In this document: piece by piece, positions 48,642 through 61,738 of the stretch
Layout: each line of letters starts with the position of its first letter
Numbering within the stretch: position 1 is the stretch's first letter
Source of the DNA: Gonapodya sp. JEL0774
Lineage: Eukaryota
Direction: 5' to 3'
Assembly (NCBI GenBank): GCA_027604505.1
Contig: JADIIX010000127.1
Location: forward strand, 1-64,000
Length of the DNA stretch: 64,000 nt
The notes under the pieces: generated by a model
The model's database searches: none
What the model saw: only the letters and a program-made list of their open reading frames with translations
What the model was told of the DNA's origin: nothing
Position numbers and translations under genes: made by a program

Positions 48642-51063
48642 TCAATTATTTAATGCAGGAAGATCGGTTGCGGCTGAATAGTATTTGGTTTGGCTTTTCA
48701 GTCGGGATGTGGTGGGGGGAGCAGCAGGTCCTCTGACATCACCACTCCAGGCTTGAGACGGAACCTGAAATAAGGAACAGTGGTCATTTAGTAAGATCGT
48801 GGGGCCTAAAACTTTTAGTTGATTCTGCGATGCTCACATTGCCACTCCTCATAAAGTTTGTCATACCTCTCCCTTGAGCGCGACGTGAAAGAAGAGTGTC
48901 GATGGCGGAAGCACCAGCGGACTCTATTCTTCGACTCTGGAATAGATTTCTGGATGGGGCTTCAATTGCCGGACGGGGAATATCCAGGCAGTCACTGTTG
49001 TGGAGAAAAAAAGTTGGCGGACAATGCGTATTCTGGAGTCAGAAAACACCTCACATTGGCAGCATGCCGTATTCCATGTTTGAAGGTCGTTCTACAATGG
49101 CCCAGCCTGTAGTGTTGCGTAAAGAGACGACTGATGTGAGCGACATTACGGACGATACCATTCACGATAACAACCTACCATCAGGGAAGAGTGTTCGCAA
49201 TTGGACGTATTCACCGGCTTGTACTTGTATTTCATCTTCTCCGTTCGGTGTAAACTGTCAGTATAGAGTGTCCAGGGTAGTAATGGGAGTAAGTGGTGGT
49301 TGAGGCTCCCAAAAGTGGGACTCACGTCATTCAGCACCACTAGCATTTCCTCCCCGGGATAGTCCACGCTCGCATTGCCAGAAAGACCTGAAGAGCTTGA
49401 TATGTATGAGAAAAACCACTAAAATTGGGACGAGTGCGTTGGCGAATCGCAAAAGTGGCAGACAAGGCGTAAGCCCTCACATGTGGCTGGGAAAACAAGC
49501 AGCAAAGAAATCACGATCAGAGTCTCAACAATGACAAGCCGTAACAAATCCACTTTGCGTCGTAGTGCTTGAACTCACTTGAATGGTTTGTGAGCCTGAG
49601 CTCGCCGCGAACCTTTGAGATGTCAAGGTGGCCTGGCTGGACGCTACACTCCTTGTTCCGCTGTTTAATTGAGTCCGACCAGACAAATCGCCCCGAGAAT
49701 AATCCGGGTACATTGGAAGGGACTTGGACACGTCGTATGTGTTGGGGGGATATTGCGTGGGGTGTCCGGAGGCATACTGCGGAACCGCGGGAGGGTAGCT
49801 TGGGGGATAGCCTGGAGGGATAGCCGACGATGCTGGCGGCAAAAACACCATATTTGATGGAGACGGGAAGTCATAAACGAAACTTCCACTGACGAGAGCT
49901 CACAATTTGACCTGTATGCAGCTTCGCCGTTCGGCAGCTTTTGATGAGTCGTTCGTTTCCTTTTGAACCTTCGAGGGACAATATTTGAATCGATAAATGT
50001 TGTAAACGTGAACACTGTTGAACAGTGGATGCGATTACCAGATCAAGCCCAAGGCCGCCATCACCAAAACCACCGCTCCGGCCAACCCCCCAACAACAGC
50101 TGCAACTGGAAAACCAGCCCCTCCATCTCCTGGTGGTGGCGTTGTAACCGAGTTAGTGCCTGCAGTGCCTACAGTGCCTGCAGTGCCTGCATTGCCTGTG
50201 CTGCTACCTGTCGTGATTCGAAAATTCGCCGTGCTGGAGGTCAGCCGGGAGACGACGCCACTGCTTGCGGCAGTTGTGGCGAGTTGCGCATCCGATGTCG
50301 ATCGGGGCGACGTGCTCGATGTGGAAGCGATGACACTAGATAGAGCACCCTGCATACTGGAAGGTGTGCCAGTTGACGCAGTCACACCACCACATTCGGG
50401 TCCTCCGCTCTTGACCTTGTCGCACGCAGACGGGACGTTCCCCGAGCAACTGTACATATTTGGATTGTCCGTACTTCCTCCAAAGAAAACAAGGGTGCAT
50501 ATAAATATTTTGGAGGGTATCTTGCCATCGATATTTCCCGTGATGTCGTTGTCGTTCAGAATAAGCGACGAAAGTGCAGGAGAACCGGAAAGATCCCCGA
50601 GCGCGGTGAATTTATTGCCATCTAATAGGAGCTGGTGAAGTTGTGTCAATGTAGCCAAGGACGCCGGTATTGTTCCAGTCAGTTGATTGCTGGACAAGCT
50701 GAGCACTGTGAGTGAGTTCAACCCAGTAAAGTCCGGGAGGTCCCCCGTCAATGCGTTGCTCCGTAGATTGAGCTGGGACAAGGACGTTAATCCTCGAGGA
50801 TCTGGTATAGGACCGCGCAGGCCAGCCGAAATGAAGGTTATGACGACCGCGCGGTTTTGGAAGCATTGAATTCCATTGACACTTGTTCCGCTATAACCGC
50901 AACACTGTCCGACGGTCCAAGGAATGGTAACACCGGATTGTGTAAAGATGGTTTCCACGAACGCGCAATCAGATGCCTGTGATTGCCCCCACGATTGGCG
51001 GGGAACAGCGAGGGCAAGAGCGAGGATCCCTAGTATCGATAGGTATGAGCCAGTGCGAGCCAT
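48642..51063 (-). CDS. Single-pass receptor-like protein: signal peptide - LRR ectodomain - S/T stalk - TM - Pro/Tyr linker - SH3
   Basis: Signal MARTGSYLSILGILALALA. Extracellular-type LRRs (LTSLSQLNLRSNALTGDLP, LSLSSNQLTGTIPASL). TM AAVVGGLAGAVVLVMAALGLIW followed by FKRKR. Spliced SH3 LVVLND|FTPNGEDEIQVQAGEYVQLRTLFPDG|WAIVERPSNMEYGMLP|IDCL. The 3' end is approximate. Confidence 0.82.
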
Positions 51064-53341
51064 CTTGACAATTTCAAGTTCCAAAAGCGATTGATGTCAG
51101 CGATTGCGCTGTTGTTTAAGGTCACTCGAGATTAATACGAATATGTCTTGTCTGGAGCGGTGGGCTCTCTCATTGTCCAAATGGAACAGTTGTTGGTCCT
51201 TACTGATCTTGGAGGAGACAAAATAAGGTCCACTCTCCTGAATAAACAAACAGGACAACCATTCCACAGGTGGCGAACTGGTGGCGATTGTTTTGTACTT
51301 AGTTTGAGTTGATGTTACAGTCACCGTTAGTTAGGCTAATAATCAACAAATTCTCAATCGCACGCAGGTCATTTACACTTGCAAATGAATTCTTTGGGAC
51401 TTAGAACAGAACATCGGATTGTTTTCTGCAACGAATGCAACTATTCTTTTCTGTGGTGATTCTTCACCGTGTGGCGTGCGGCCAAACCCTCTTTCCGCAG
51501 GGCGGCGGACATTCCACTGGTGGCCAGAGGAAGGCCGCTCCCTTGAAAATTTTTGCATTTGTATATTTGTAAATAAATTGCAATCTATTTTAGGAAAAGG
51601 GATCACCGGATGATCGCGTTTGCGGGCTGGATAAGTTCGAGAACCGGGGGCGGGCAGGTCCTGTGGAATTAATCTCAAGATGACACGACTCCATTAGATA
51701 ATCATTTTCAACGTTCAATTCGTTCCCTCTGGCCCTTTGTCCCTCGCCTCGATTTTGCCAGGAACAGCAGCTAATTTATGTTCATCATCCTTGCTGTGGC
51801 CTTGCCATCATCGAATCGCGACACTCGTCTTGTCCGTGGTTCTTCCACACTCTTGTTTCCGATTCCGTGAGTCTCAAATTGAATCTATGTGTGTTCTGAT
51901 GACATGAATGTGGAGCAATCAGCACTCAAACAACACGTCTCCACTCTGCAGTGCCACGAGGAAACGCCGGGTCAGTTTTCTGCCTTACGCTACGTCACGC
52001 TCAACAATGTCGGCAATCAATCTCTTGGAGTACATCGACCCCGCACTCTTCTCGGTAGAATCTTGCGTCGTGGGAGGTGTTGCTCTCGTCCTGCCTGTCG
52101 TGTAGGTTGTCACCATACGGCTTTGGATACTGGACAGTCTCGCCCTCACCCAGTCTTCTGTCAGAATTGCACTCGCTTCCCGTACCATCTCTGCCTATGA
52201 GCAGGGCCCAGGGCGGAACATTTTCCTTGCGAAGAAAAGTGCTCCATCACCGACATCGTCGCCCACCAGCTCTGTGACCCTTGTGGAGGACCTGCTGGTG
52301 GCTGATATTCTGGAGAAGGAGATGCTGGGACTGCCGCCTTTACCGACACAGACCGTGGGGAAAGTCAGTAGAGTGATTGTCATTACCCCAACGGTGCCAC
52401 TTAGTTCACAATGTTTCGACAGGCATGAGCCAGCATGACAAGAATGAAGAGCCGGGATCCTGCATTTCGTACCTTGACCTGACAGACAAAAGCAGTAATG
52501 GAATATCATAACAAAACATCGTTGAACCGAGAATGAACAGATACCAGTCATCGTCATGTATATCAATAACACATAAGAGGGGCGTTTCGCTTGTGCACCT
52601 CCAGGCTTACGAAGCGGAGTTGCCCACCAACAGCTGTCGGGGGATCAGCTAGTGGCTGCCAATTCACAAAATTACTCCCAATTTGAAGTGTTGTATGCTT
52701 GGATAATTGTGCAAGGCAAATTAAATCCTCCGAGTAGTCGGTGACGCACAGTTGATGAATTTGGGACCCATCCCGCCTTTGCTCGGCTTGGTGCTGGCGG
52801 GCGGGCGGTTCCGCTTTCATCAACTCTCACACCGGAAACTAAAAACTTCGCCCTGGCTCGCTTCGCTCACATTGGACTCCCAAATTATAAAACAGACAAA
52901 GATTACATAATAAGCAGGAGAGTATGAGGACAGTCCGCAAATAATATACAGACACAAGGTGCCCTCGCGGTGCCAGGAGAATATCTGAATATCTCCTCTT
53001 AAATCCCCAGCGATTCCCGACTTACATTCAAGTGAATATAGTTTTTAACACATTTTAACACATTCTCAGTGTCGCCCGGTGCACGTGGAATTTTGGTCTG
53101 AGCTTTGTGTGTTCTGCTGTTTGCTTCATGAACCAAAGAGAAACGTACTTTCCTGTCCATGTGTCCAAGGAAACAGAATACGTCACCCACTTTTGTCACT
53201 CATTTGATTCCGTTACGTTTCTTCTTCGGACCACTCGGAGGAATGATGGTGCATGATGGTGCACAATTTCCCTTAAAGTTCCAGGCCCTCGGCGCTCCCA
53301 CCGCAACCCCACAATTTTTCGCATAACCCATACTCTCCTTG

Positions 53342-54100
53342 ATGCCTTCAGATGCTAAGCTCAGTGACGAAAGGGAATCATTGGCACCCGCAAGGGAGAG
53401 CGCAGCTGGAAAAGAGGAGCAGGAGGATGGGGACGATGAAGCAGCATCGCCAGTCAAGATCGACCCAGACATCATTGATGAGGTGTGGTTCAGGCATGAA
53501 GTGAAGAATGCTTCACAATAGTCGGTTGCTTATCCCTCTTCCCTTTCGGTTGGTTGGTTCCTTTACTATCGTTGCTATTATCCGCCTACCATTTCCTCAG
53601 GGTATTTTCGAGCAACTGCTCGAGATGGACGAGGATGAAGATAGAGAGTTTAGCCGAGAATTGGTAGTGAACTACTTTGAGCAAGCGCGGACGACGTTTG
53701 AGCAGATGGAGAGAGACTTGTGGGTAGATATTCACCTGAGAGTTCCGCCGCATTTGATACAACACTTCTTTCTTCCTGCTTGGTAACTGTTCGGTGTTGC
53801 AAACCGGTGGTACTCTCCCTTTGCTCGTTTTGGCCTGTTTTTGGAAATTTTAGATCAAAAGAGGACCTTGAAGCCGTGGGAAAACTTGGACATTTTCTCA
53901 AGGGCAGTTCTGGTGCCCTGGGACTCATCAAAGTTCGGGCATCATGTGAGGAGATTCAGCACATGGGAAAATTGCGGCATGGGGGCAAATGTGTCCCGAG
54001 GGATGAAGCTCTGCGAATCGTGGGCGAAACCGTGGAGAGAGTCAAGAGTGAATTCGAAGAGGCACGAAGAGAACTAGCGAAATTCTACGATATCGAATGA
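53342..54100 (+). CDS. YPD1: Histidine-containing phosphotransfer (HPt) protein
   Basis: IIDE|GIFEQLLEMDEDEDREFSRELVVNYFEQARTTF, LGHFLKGSSGALGLIKVRASCEEIQHMGK. Confidence 0.95.
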
Positions 54101-54478
54101 TTGTTCTTGATTTTGGGCTGCTGGATTTCTTGGGAGACGGTGTCCGTCATATTTTTAGTACGGGTTCGGGTAATGTCGTTTTTTTTGAGCGTAATCGGGA
54201 GTATAGACATTGCGGCCTGAAGCGAGGGTCTGGACAACATCTAATTGCAATCCTAGTTTGCTCCACCGCAATACATCATTTCACTCATTTCGCCGAACGT
54301 GCTCAAGATTGGAAGTCATCTCGACATACTACTGGGGAAAACTTCCCCACCCCAAACAGGAACAAGATCCGGAATTTCATTGTGGCGACTAAATGACCAC
54401 CGTCAAAATGTCACCAGTCGTGATATCCGTTTTATTCACATGTGATGATGTTAGATCCCAACCCCTGCTCATGTCCGT

Positions 54479-57389
54479 CTACGTATAGTTGTATTTTGGA
54501 CCTCCGCCACCCTCCGGGACAGTCCAGTCGATGTTCTAAAATTGGTGGATAATATGACAATCACTGGTCAGTGCAAATTCAGGGAACAACTACCTGACCT
54601 CCGAGACTTACCTGGCTCGGGTCCTTTATGTCACATGTCTTGCAATGCACGCAGTTAGTGAAGTTAATTTGCAAACGCTTGGAGGAGGGAGGGGCAGACG
54701 GGTCGGAAGGATCCGACACAACGAAAGGAGACGCTGGATCATCAACGTATTCGTAGACGCCCGCTAAATAAATATAAAATTAATAATGTGTGAGGACCGC
54801 GCGATTTGAGTAGAAGAAGCTCAGTTTTAGAACGCTGAAAATTGGTTAGCAAACTATTAACGCACCTGGGCAGAATTTGGCTTCCGGGCCCCCGAAAACA
54901 GCGTAATTTCGTTCAACCATTTCCTTTTGACCGCGCTGCAGACGGAGATGGGGAACCTATCCGAACACAGGTACTCATTAGCAACGTCACTTTACGTCAT
55001 GCGCCAATTCCACACACTTGATCTTCTTCGTGTCCCGTGCTTGCTCTGCTGAGATTCTCTAGAAGGTCAAACGTGAGGACTCCGTCAGGCTTGACATACT
55101 CAGGAGGGGTGCATTCCTTGGCGGGTTTGAGTGTTGTGTGATCAGGCGCGTGGTGCTTCAGAGTCCACGGTACGCGCCCTGGGCATGCCAAGATAGGAGT
55201 GATTGCATTTGATGTAACGTGGTCGTTTTTGCCACTGGACATCCCGTTCGAATAGTCTCACCTTTGAACATGTATGTTTCGAGCGCAGAGTACGCCATAA
55301 AACCGTACAGTCCCAGAGGGTTGTAGAACGAAGGCCGCACATTCCGCACCTGATGAAGTTCGTCATACACCCACGAGGAACGGAATTTGGAGTCATACTC
55401 GGTCGCGTGCAGTGGAGTGGAAGGTGTTAAAGAGTCACTAGACGAGCCAGTAAGAGACACATAGGCGGTTTCCGCGGCCATGATACCTGTTGAAACGTAT
55501 GAAGAAGAAGCAACAGGTTAGGAGCGTTCAATTTCTCACAATGGTGCACCGCACGGACTTACCGGTCTTCATGGCATTGTGAGTACCCTTAATTTTCGGC
55601 ATGTTCAAGGTGCCTGCAGAGTCCCCCACAATCACTCCTCCGGGGAATACCATCTTTGGCAAGCTCTGTAGACCTCCCTCCACTAACGCCCTCGCCCCAT
55701 ACCCCACGGCCCTCCCTCCTTCCAAAAACTTTCTGATTTCGGGGTGAGTCTTGTGCTTTTGGAATTCCTTGTAGGGGCTGATGTGTGGGTTCTCGTAGTC
55801 CAGACCTATCACCATCCCAATTGAAATGAGATTTGGTTGCATGTGATACATCCATGTGCCGCAATAAGTCTTGTAGTCGCAAGGCCAGCCCACGGTGTGG
55901 AGAACGAGGCCGGGTTTGAAGTGCGGGTGATCCGCGGGAACTTCCCAAACCTGGAGTGAGTTCAGAGCGATGTGATTAACAATACCGCGTAACCGAAAAG
56001 CGATCTATCGCCTCTTCCAGTCTTCCCCAAGGCCCACCCCGTTCAGTAGCAGCAGTAACACTTTCTCTGCGTTACTCACCTCCTTTACGCCAATCCCATA
56101 CGTCTGGAAGTTCCCTTCCTCGCGCAGTCCCAGCTTCCCAATTACCTTCTTCGTCAAACTTCCGTGACATCCTTCCGCAAATACTGTCAACTTGGCATGT
56201 ATCTCCATGCCTCGTGCGAAGGAATCCTTGCGTGAACCGGTTCGGGAGATACCTGAGTCTGCTGTGGCGATGCCGCGGACAGAGGAGTCGGCGTTGTAAA
56301 GAACCTGGAAGCGTGATTGCAATCATTGTGCTTGTGTCACACACACACACACACACACACAAAAAAAAATGGGGGAGAATCGGTGGCATTCTGTAAGCTT
56401 CCTCTAATGTGCTCCTCCACAATTGTTGTATCAATCGTCTACTGTGCACAATTCGTCTCATCGAAGGGAAGTACATCTTGAATAACACCTTCAACCCTCC
56501 GTGTGTGATTTGAGCTCCACGAGCACTCACCTCGCTAGCGGCAATGCCTGCATACACTTCCACACCCAGTTCTTCCGCCTTCTCTCCCAGCCACTTGACA
56601 ACCTGTTGCAAGCTAACAATGTAGTTTCCCTTGTTGTTGAGCACGGGCGGGTGAGGAAGCGGTATTCGATGATTTTTTGTAAGGAACCAAAAGTGGTCTT
56701 CCGTTGCGGGAGTGGCAAGAGGGGCCCCGAGGTCGAGGTAGTCGGGGAAGAGCTCTGCCAAAGCACGGGGTTCGATGACAGCTCCAGAGAGGGTGTGAGC
56801 GCCTGGGCAAGTGAATAGCAGTCAGTCCAGATCAGCAATAAGGGCCTCAGTCCCCACAGATTCTTAGCCACTCACCAATTTCAGAAGCCTTCTCCACAAC
56901 AATGACTCTTATCTCTTTTCCGTCTTCAGCTGCGAGTTGCTTGAGTTTGATGGCCGCAGACAAACCTGCGGGTCCACCACCAACAATTACAACATCGGAC
57001 TCGTCGACGTCGCGAGGAGCAGCGAGAATTTCACGCTCTTCTTCTGTAAGTGAGTCGACTGCGGGACTTGCGGTAGAAGCCAGAGAGCGGGATATGCGAG
57101 GGACTTTGGAGAGAGGTTGAGGGACAGAGGTAGGCCGACGGACAGTGGTCGGAGAGTTGTGGCATGCCAAAGACGATGGCGCAACGAGCAAAAACTTGTT
57201 TGTTACTGTGGGTGCCAGGGTTGTCGTACCCGTCCGATGTCCGCGTGAATGCAGTCGACGCACAGTCAGGCATCTCCTGTCGCTGCCCACCACAGAACAA
57301 AAGCGTGATGCATGCAACATGGCGGATGGCGACGCTTTGAGAGCCCCTGTCACCGCGGACGGGGCTAGCTGTGATCCAAGTACCCGCAT
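54479..57389 (-). CDS. ETFDH: Electron transfer flavoprotein-ubiquinone oxidoreductase, mitochondrial
   Basis: [97 protein letters not shown]. Confidence 0.97.
56338..56369. repeat. (CA)12 microsatellite plus A-run inside an ETFDH intron
   Basis: Directly visible in the sequence. Confidence 0.9.
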
Positions 57390-58873
57390 CGTGAAAGATG
57401 GACTTGCTGGAAATGGGATCAGATCGCGAGGCCAATGGCAGACCCCGATGCCACGAGAGACTAATCCCTTTTCCGTGAGATGACGGAGCGAGAACCAAGT
57501 GACGGTCGTTGTCTCTCGTAAATTGAAAGCTTTGACCGCCCGCAGGAAGTCCGTGCTTTGTGAAGAGGTGATGGTTGCACAGTCTGAAAATTCGTCATGT
57601 CGAGCTCTGGGCTCTGAATACCGCGAACAACAAGTCGGTTTCACGGTCCCATGTTATCTCGTCGTCCAAGAGCAATTTCAAATTACCCATGGTAGTTTGC
57701 TTCTCCGTCTGTTGTGCATGATTCAGCTCCGCTATGGCAAATTGCTCTTCACCCTCAGTATCTCATGTACCTGAGAGAAGTCATGTTATTCTTAATGTGA
57801 CGGTGAGACCTAGAGAGGAAATGGATGTGAGCAGCTTGTATTTGTTGGTGTGGTGCTCGTTGCCAGCCTACGCTAACACACTCGACAACGCACACATTGA
57901 TTGCGCCTCTGCTGCTACAATTTTCTTCGCTAGGTGATCATCAGCTACTGACACGAAACCCTTGATAAACTCAGAGCTACGACAGATGGTGTATGAGCTG
58001 TTGTGCTGATCAGTGGGGTCGCAATTGCGACCTCTACCAGAGCGAACAGATTAGATCCTGGTGGGGAGAGCTCCTTCTTTTTCGAATTAAAAGTTTTCCC
58101 TCCCGGACAATCACTGAGTCAGGGTGAAACTGGAACGTAGATGAAAGCCGAAGTCTGACAATGAGTCACCACGCTGGTGGACGTGAATTGTTCTCAAATT
58201 CGGCGTCGCAATCAACGGCGTTTGCCACCATATCTCAAGTGATTTTAGGCGGTTTTATTGGTTTCAGTGATCACGATGTGAGGTTGTCCCTATAATATGC
58301 AATAGCTCAAAAAGATTGACATTTCGAGTGGATGGCGGGTAGTACCCGCAACACGCATGCCGAAGATCTAACCACTTGATCGGTGCCCAAAGTTTGGAAA
58401 GTATTGTGGTTGTCTTGTGGTCCTCCTTTGTCACCTTCCGTAGCATGGGATGCTCACTTCACCCATTTATGTCGGGCTCGCAAAGTCCACGTGCACCGTG
58501 GTTGGTTTAAGCGTTGCGTTTGCTTTTATCACGGTGAGCACGCAGGGGAGGAGCTAGCCTTGTCTGGCAGATGCTGGTCGAAGGCAGGAGTGGGTTTGGG
58601 TTCTGAGTGGTTTCTAGTCGTCAGTGTGGTGATGTTTTTGGGCTGCCCAACCAGTCACAAAACTGCAACAACCAAGTTCTTACACAATATCATACAGATT
58701 TATAGACAACGGAACTTTACACAGTTGTTGCGGACACACTGGACTTTTCGAAAGTATGATAGGAAAATCATGTCAAAACCTTCAAACATAGTGGCAGCGA
58801 AGCGCCGAGGTTGGTTGAGTCTGGCAGTTCCAATAACCCTTTTCAAACAATATTAGGATATGATATCGCGGGT

Positions 58874-60887
58874 TCACCAGATACCACCGGTGGCATTTCC
58901 GGCGGGTGCAGCAGTAGTGTACTCGGGGGTGTTGACCGGCGGAGGCGAGGGTATCCAACCAAGCTGAACGAACCAGTCTGTTTGAAATTGTTGGGGCAGT
59001 AAAAACAAGCGTTTAGAGATCACACGAGCGAGCAATTTCTCGAGAAAACTTAGTTCCGCCTGGAAGTGCACCATAAAGTTTTCCAGTCTTGTTCACATCC
59101 ATTCGGAACCATCTTTTGGCCGCGGTCTTCTTGAACCATCCTCTCCTTCCCTGACGAACCATCAATCGCTTGGCATGAAGGTACTGCTCCACCCGAATGC
59201 GGAGGACCGCACAGGCATAAATCTCTTCCGGCGCGAGGAGGTGAGAGAGCGAAGATGGGGGCGGAGGGCGAGGGACACCTGAACAATCAGCCATAATCGT
59301 ATGAGCCGCGCCCTTTTATCACATGAATGATATCGTCCATAAGGAACCATACCAACCTCTCCAGACAATCACCGGCGCTCCTTCAGGCACTCTGTACCTT
59401 CCCTCCGGATCAAACTTCTCGAGCCCTTCCGTTGTGTCGCGCCTCCTCTTGCCACTCTGTCTCGATCCACCTTCTCCATCGTCACCGGTATCGATATCCA
59501 GATCCATGGACGGAGCTGGAGAACCTGACCGCACGGAGCCCATATCGATGTCCGAGTCGGTGGCACCTCCGACATCACCCTCAGAAGTGAGATCGGAGCT
59601 GTTGTCGTCATCTTCCTCATACATATTTGATGCATCTTCCCCATATGTTCGAACAGACGCGCGGGTACGGAGGGCTCGACTGGCCGGTGGGGTGATGCCG
59701 GAAGTCGCGGAATCTCCTTCCATGTGAGATTGCCGCTGTGAGTGATATTGTTGCTGAGTAGGCCACGGCGCGGACGCAGGGGGTGCGGACGAAGATAGAT
59801 GACTTATGGAAGATACCATTGTTGGTGGCTTCCCACGGGTACGAGGTCGACCTCGCGGTCGACCACGAGGCTGCTCAGTGGCAAGGTCGTCACTTTGTGA
59901 TGGCGAGGGCGACGCTGCCCTGAAAGAACCTCCGAGAGTGCGGCGAATTTTGTTCGGAGGTGACGCGTTTTGGTGCTCTCCAGAATTGCGACGGGAAGTT
60001 AGGTACGGGTCGGACAAGTGGTCGTAACCAACGTCACTCGGGTTGCGGCGTGGGGAACGGGCATTGGCCGCGAGGAGGGCTCGTGGATTTGTTTTGAAGA
60101 CGGAAAAGACATCCAGGTTTATGGTTTCCCCAGGGTTGTGCGGCGGAAGATTTGGATTCCAGATGCTGCTTGAGCCAGAAACAAGAGAAGTCGGTGCCAG
60201 AGTTGAGATGGTAGACGGAGAATTGGTCGGCCAGAGTCGGGATTCCTGTAGACCGAATGATTTGAAATCTCTGACAGATCCCACAGCGTCGGCAATGTAC
60301 GGATGAATTGAAAGAGAGACCACAGGCGAATCGTCGTCCACAACCCCAATCATGCCACCGATACTTCCTCGTCGTGAGGAGTCATCTGCGACAACAGAGG
60401 CGTCGGACGGAACGACATCATGGTCATCTTTCATGTTCTCATCACCGTCATGACCTGGGGATCGACTGCTCGCGTCCAGTGAGATACGGAGATGGGAATG
60501 ACCTGGAGATGTGTCCGTAAGATAACCATCTTCCGAGGCGTTGAGTGAATGTGCCGCTCCAGTCACACTGTAGGGTGCACGAACGGAGCGTGCCGTCGAG
60601 GGCGATCTGGCAACCGATCTTGGAATCGAGCGGTGTGGAGTTAGTGATTTGCGTGAGTGCAGGTGTGGGGAGCTCTCCCGTGGTGCAGGTGATTCGGCGC
60701 GGTTGTACCCAGAAGCGGCAGGGGACCGTGCACGTGGTGGGGGAGCCGACTGGGGCCGACGCAATGGAAGGAATGCGCTGTGGGGCAGGAATGTGGTTGC
60801 ATTCACGGCTACCGTGGATTCATGAATGGATAATTTGGAGAGTGGAGTGATGCCGAGGGCGGACACCGGCTCTGTGGGGTCCATCAT
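58874..60887 (-). CDS. SWIRM-domain protein (Fun19/YOR338W-like) with long disordered N-terminus and AT-hook-like motif
   Basis: HLLAPEEIYACAVLRIRVEQYLHAKR..FKKTAAKRWFRMDVNKTGKLY|DWFVQLGWI matches the C-terminal SWIRM of this family. PRGRPRGRPR lies upstream. An upstream exon cannot be excluded. Confidence 0.82.
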
Positions 60888-61738
60888 GACGACAGATTAA
60901 CCTACGAAGAGCAGAGTATCAGCGGAAACGAAAAGCATGTGAGTCTGGTGAGTAATCAAACATCGATTGGGTTGAAAGCGTTCGTGGTGGAATGGATTTG
61001 GCGGGATGCTTCTGATCAGGTCAAGGATAACACCACCCGGATTTGCATCATGTCGAAAACACACTCTCCGTTCACATACGGGAACGTTTCCATCGTGCAT
61101 CAGAGTCCATCGTACTTTTTCGAGTTTGTCCGAGCATGTTTTCGTAGTGTGCGGTGTGTTGCCCCACCCTTTTGTACCCCAACAAAACTCGATGCCATTT
61201 TCGAATTAACCCGCAGTCCGTTCCAATTCATGCGTATCCGTATCCTTTCATATTCTGTCATCAATGCCGTTGAATTGCTCTGATTTGTACGGCGGTCACT
61301 TCGAGAATCCCGTTATGATTTCGCTGCCAAGTCACCGGGAACCCGAGAGAAACGGACGAATCCGCCACAGCAATGTCACATTCATAACACATCTGTACTT
61401 TAACTTACCTTGCTCCTTGGACGGGAGTTTTTGATGACTCTCGCTCTTGGTCTGCTTATATCGATGGAATCCCGCTGTGTTGATGTCGGTACTTCGGTCA
61501 ATCATCAGGACTCCCAAACCAGAGCGGGGCAACTCATTTTGATTGCTGACGGCGAATCTTTCACTGCTTCTGTACGTTGTCTTTCGCTATTGCTATCGTG
61601 CTGCTGCGTTTTGGTTTTTGAAAGTGGAGCTGATTCTATGTATATCATTTCGTGTACAGAACCTGCTCACTCTGTGCATGAACACACCTCGAAATCGCTT
61701 GCGACTTGAAACGGGCAACGGAATAGCTTTGTTACAAA

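Noticed and set aside
50018..50638. 206-aa + strand ORF and similar long antisense ORFs elsewhere
   Set aside because: They are shadows of genuine opposite-strand coding exons.
1665..54100. Cache-HAMP sensor and Ypd1 HPt as a linked phosphorelay cluster
   Set aside because: They are 50 kb apart with many unrelated genes between, the sensor has no kinase domain, and no receiver-domain gene was seen.
58017..58032. Perfect 16-bp palindrome GGTCGCAATTGCGACC upstream of ETFDH
   Set aside because: Isolated, with no loop or associated motif; about one such palindrome is expected by chance in a window this size.
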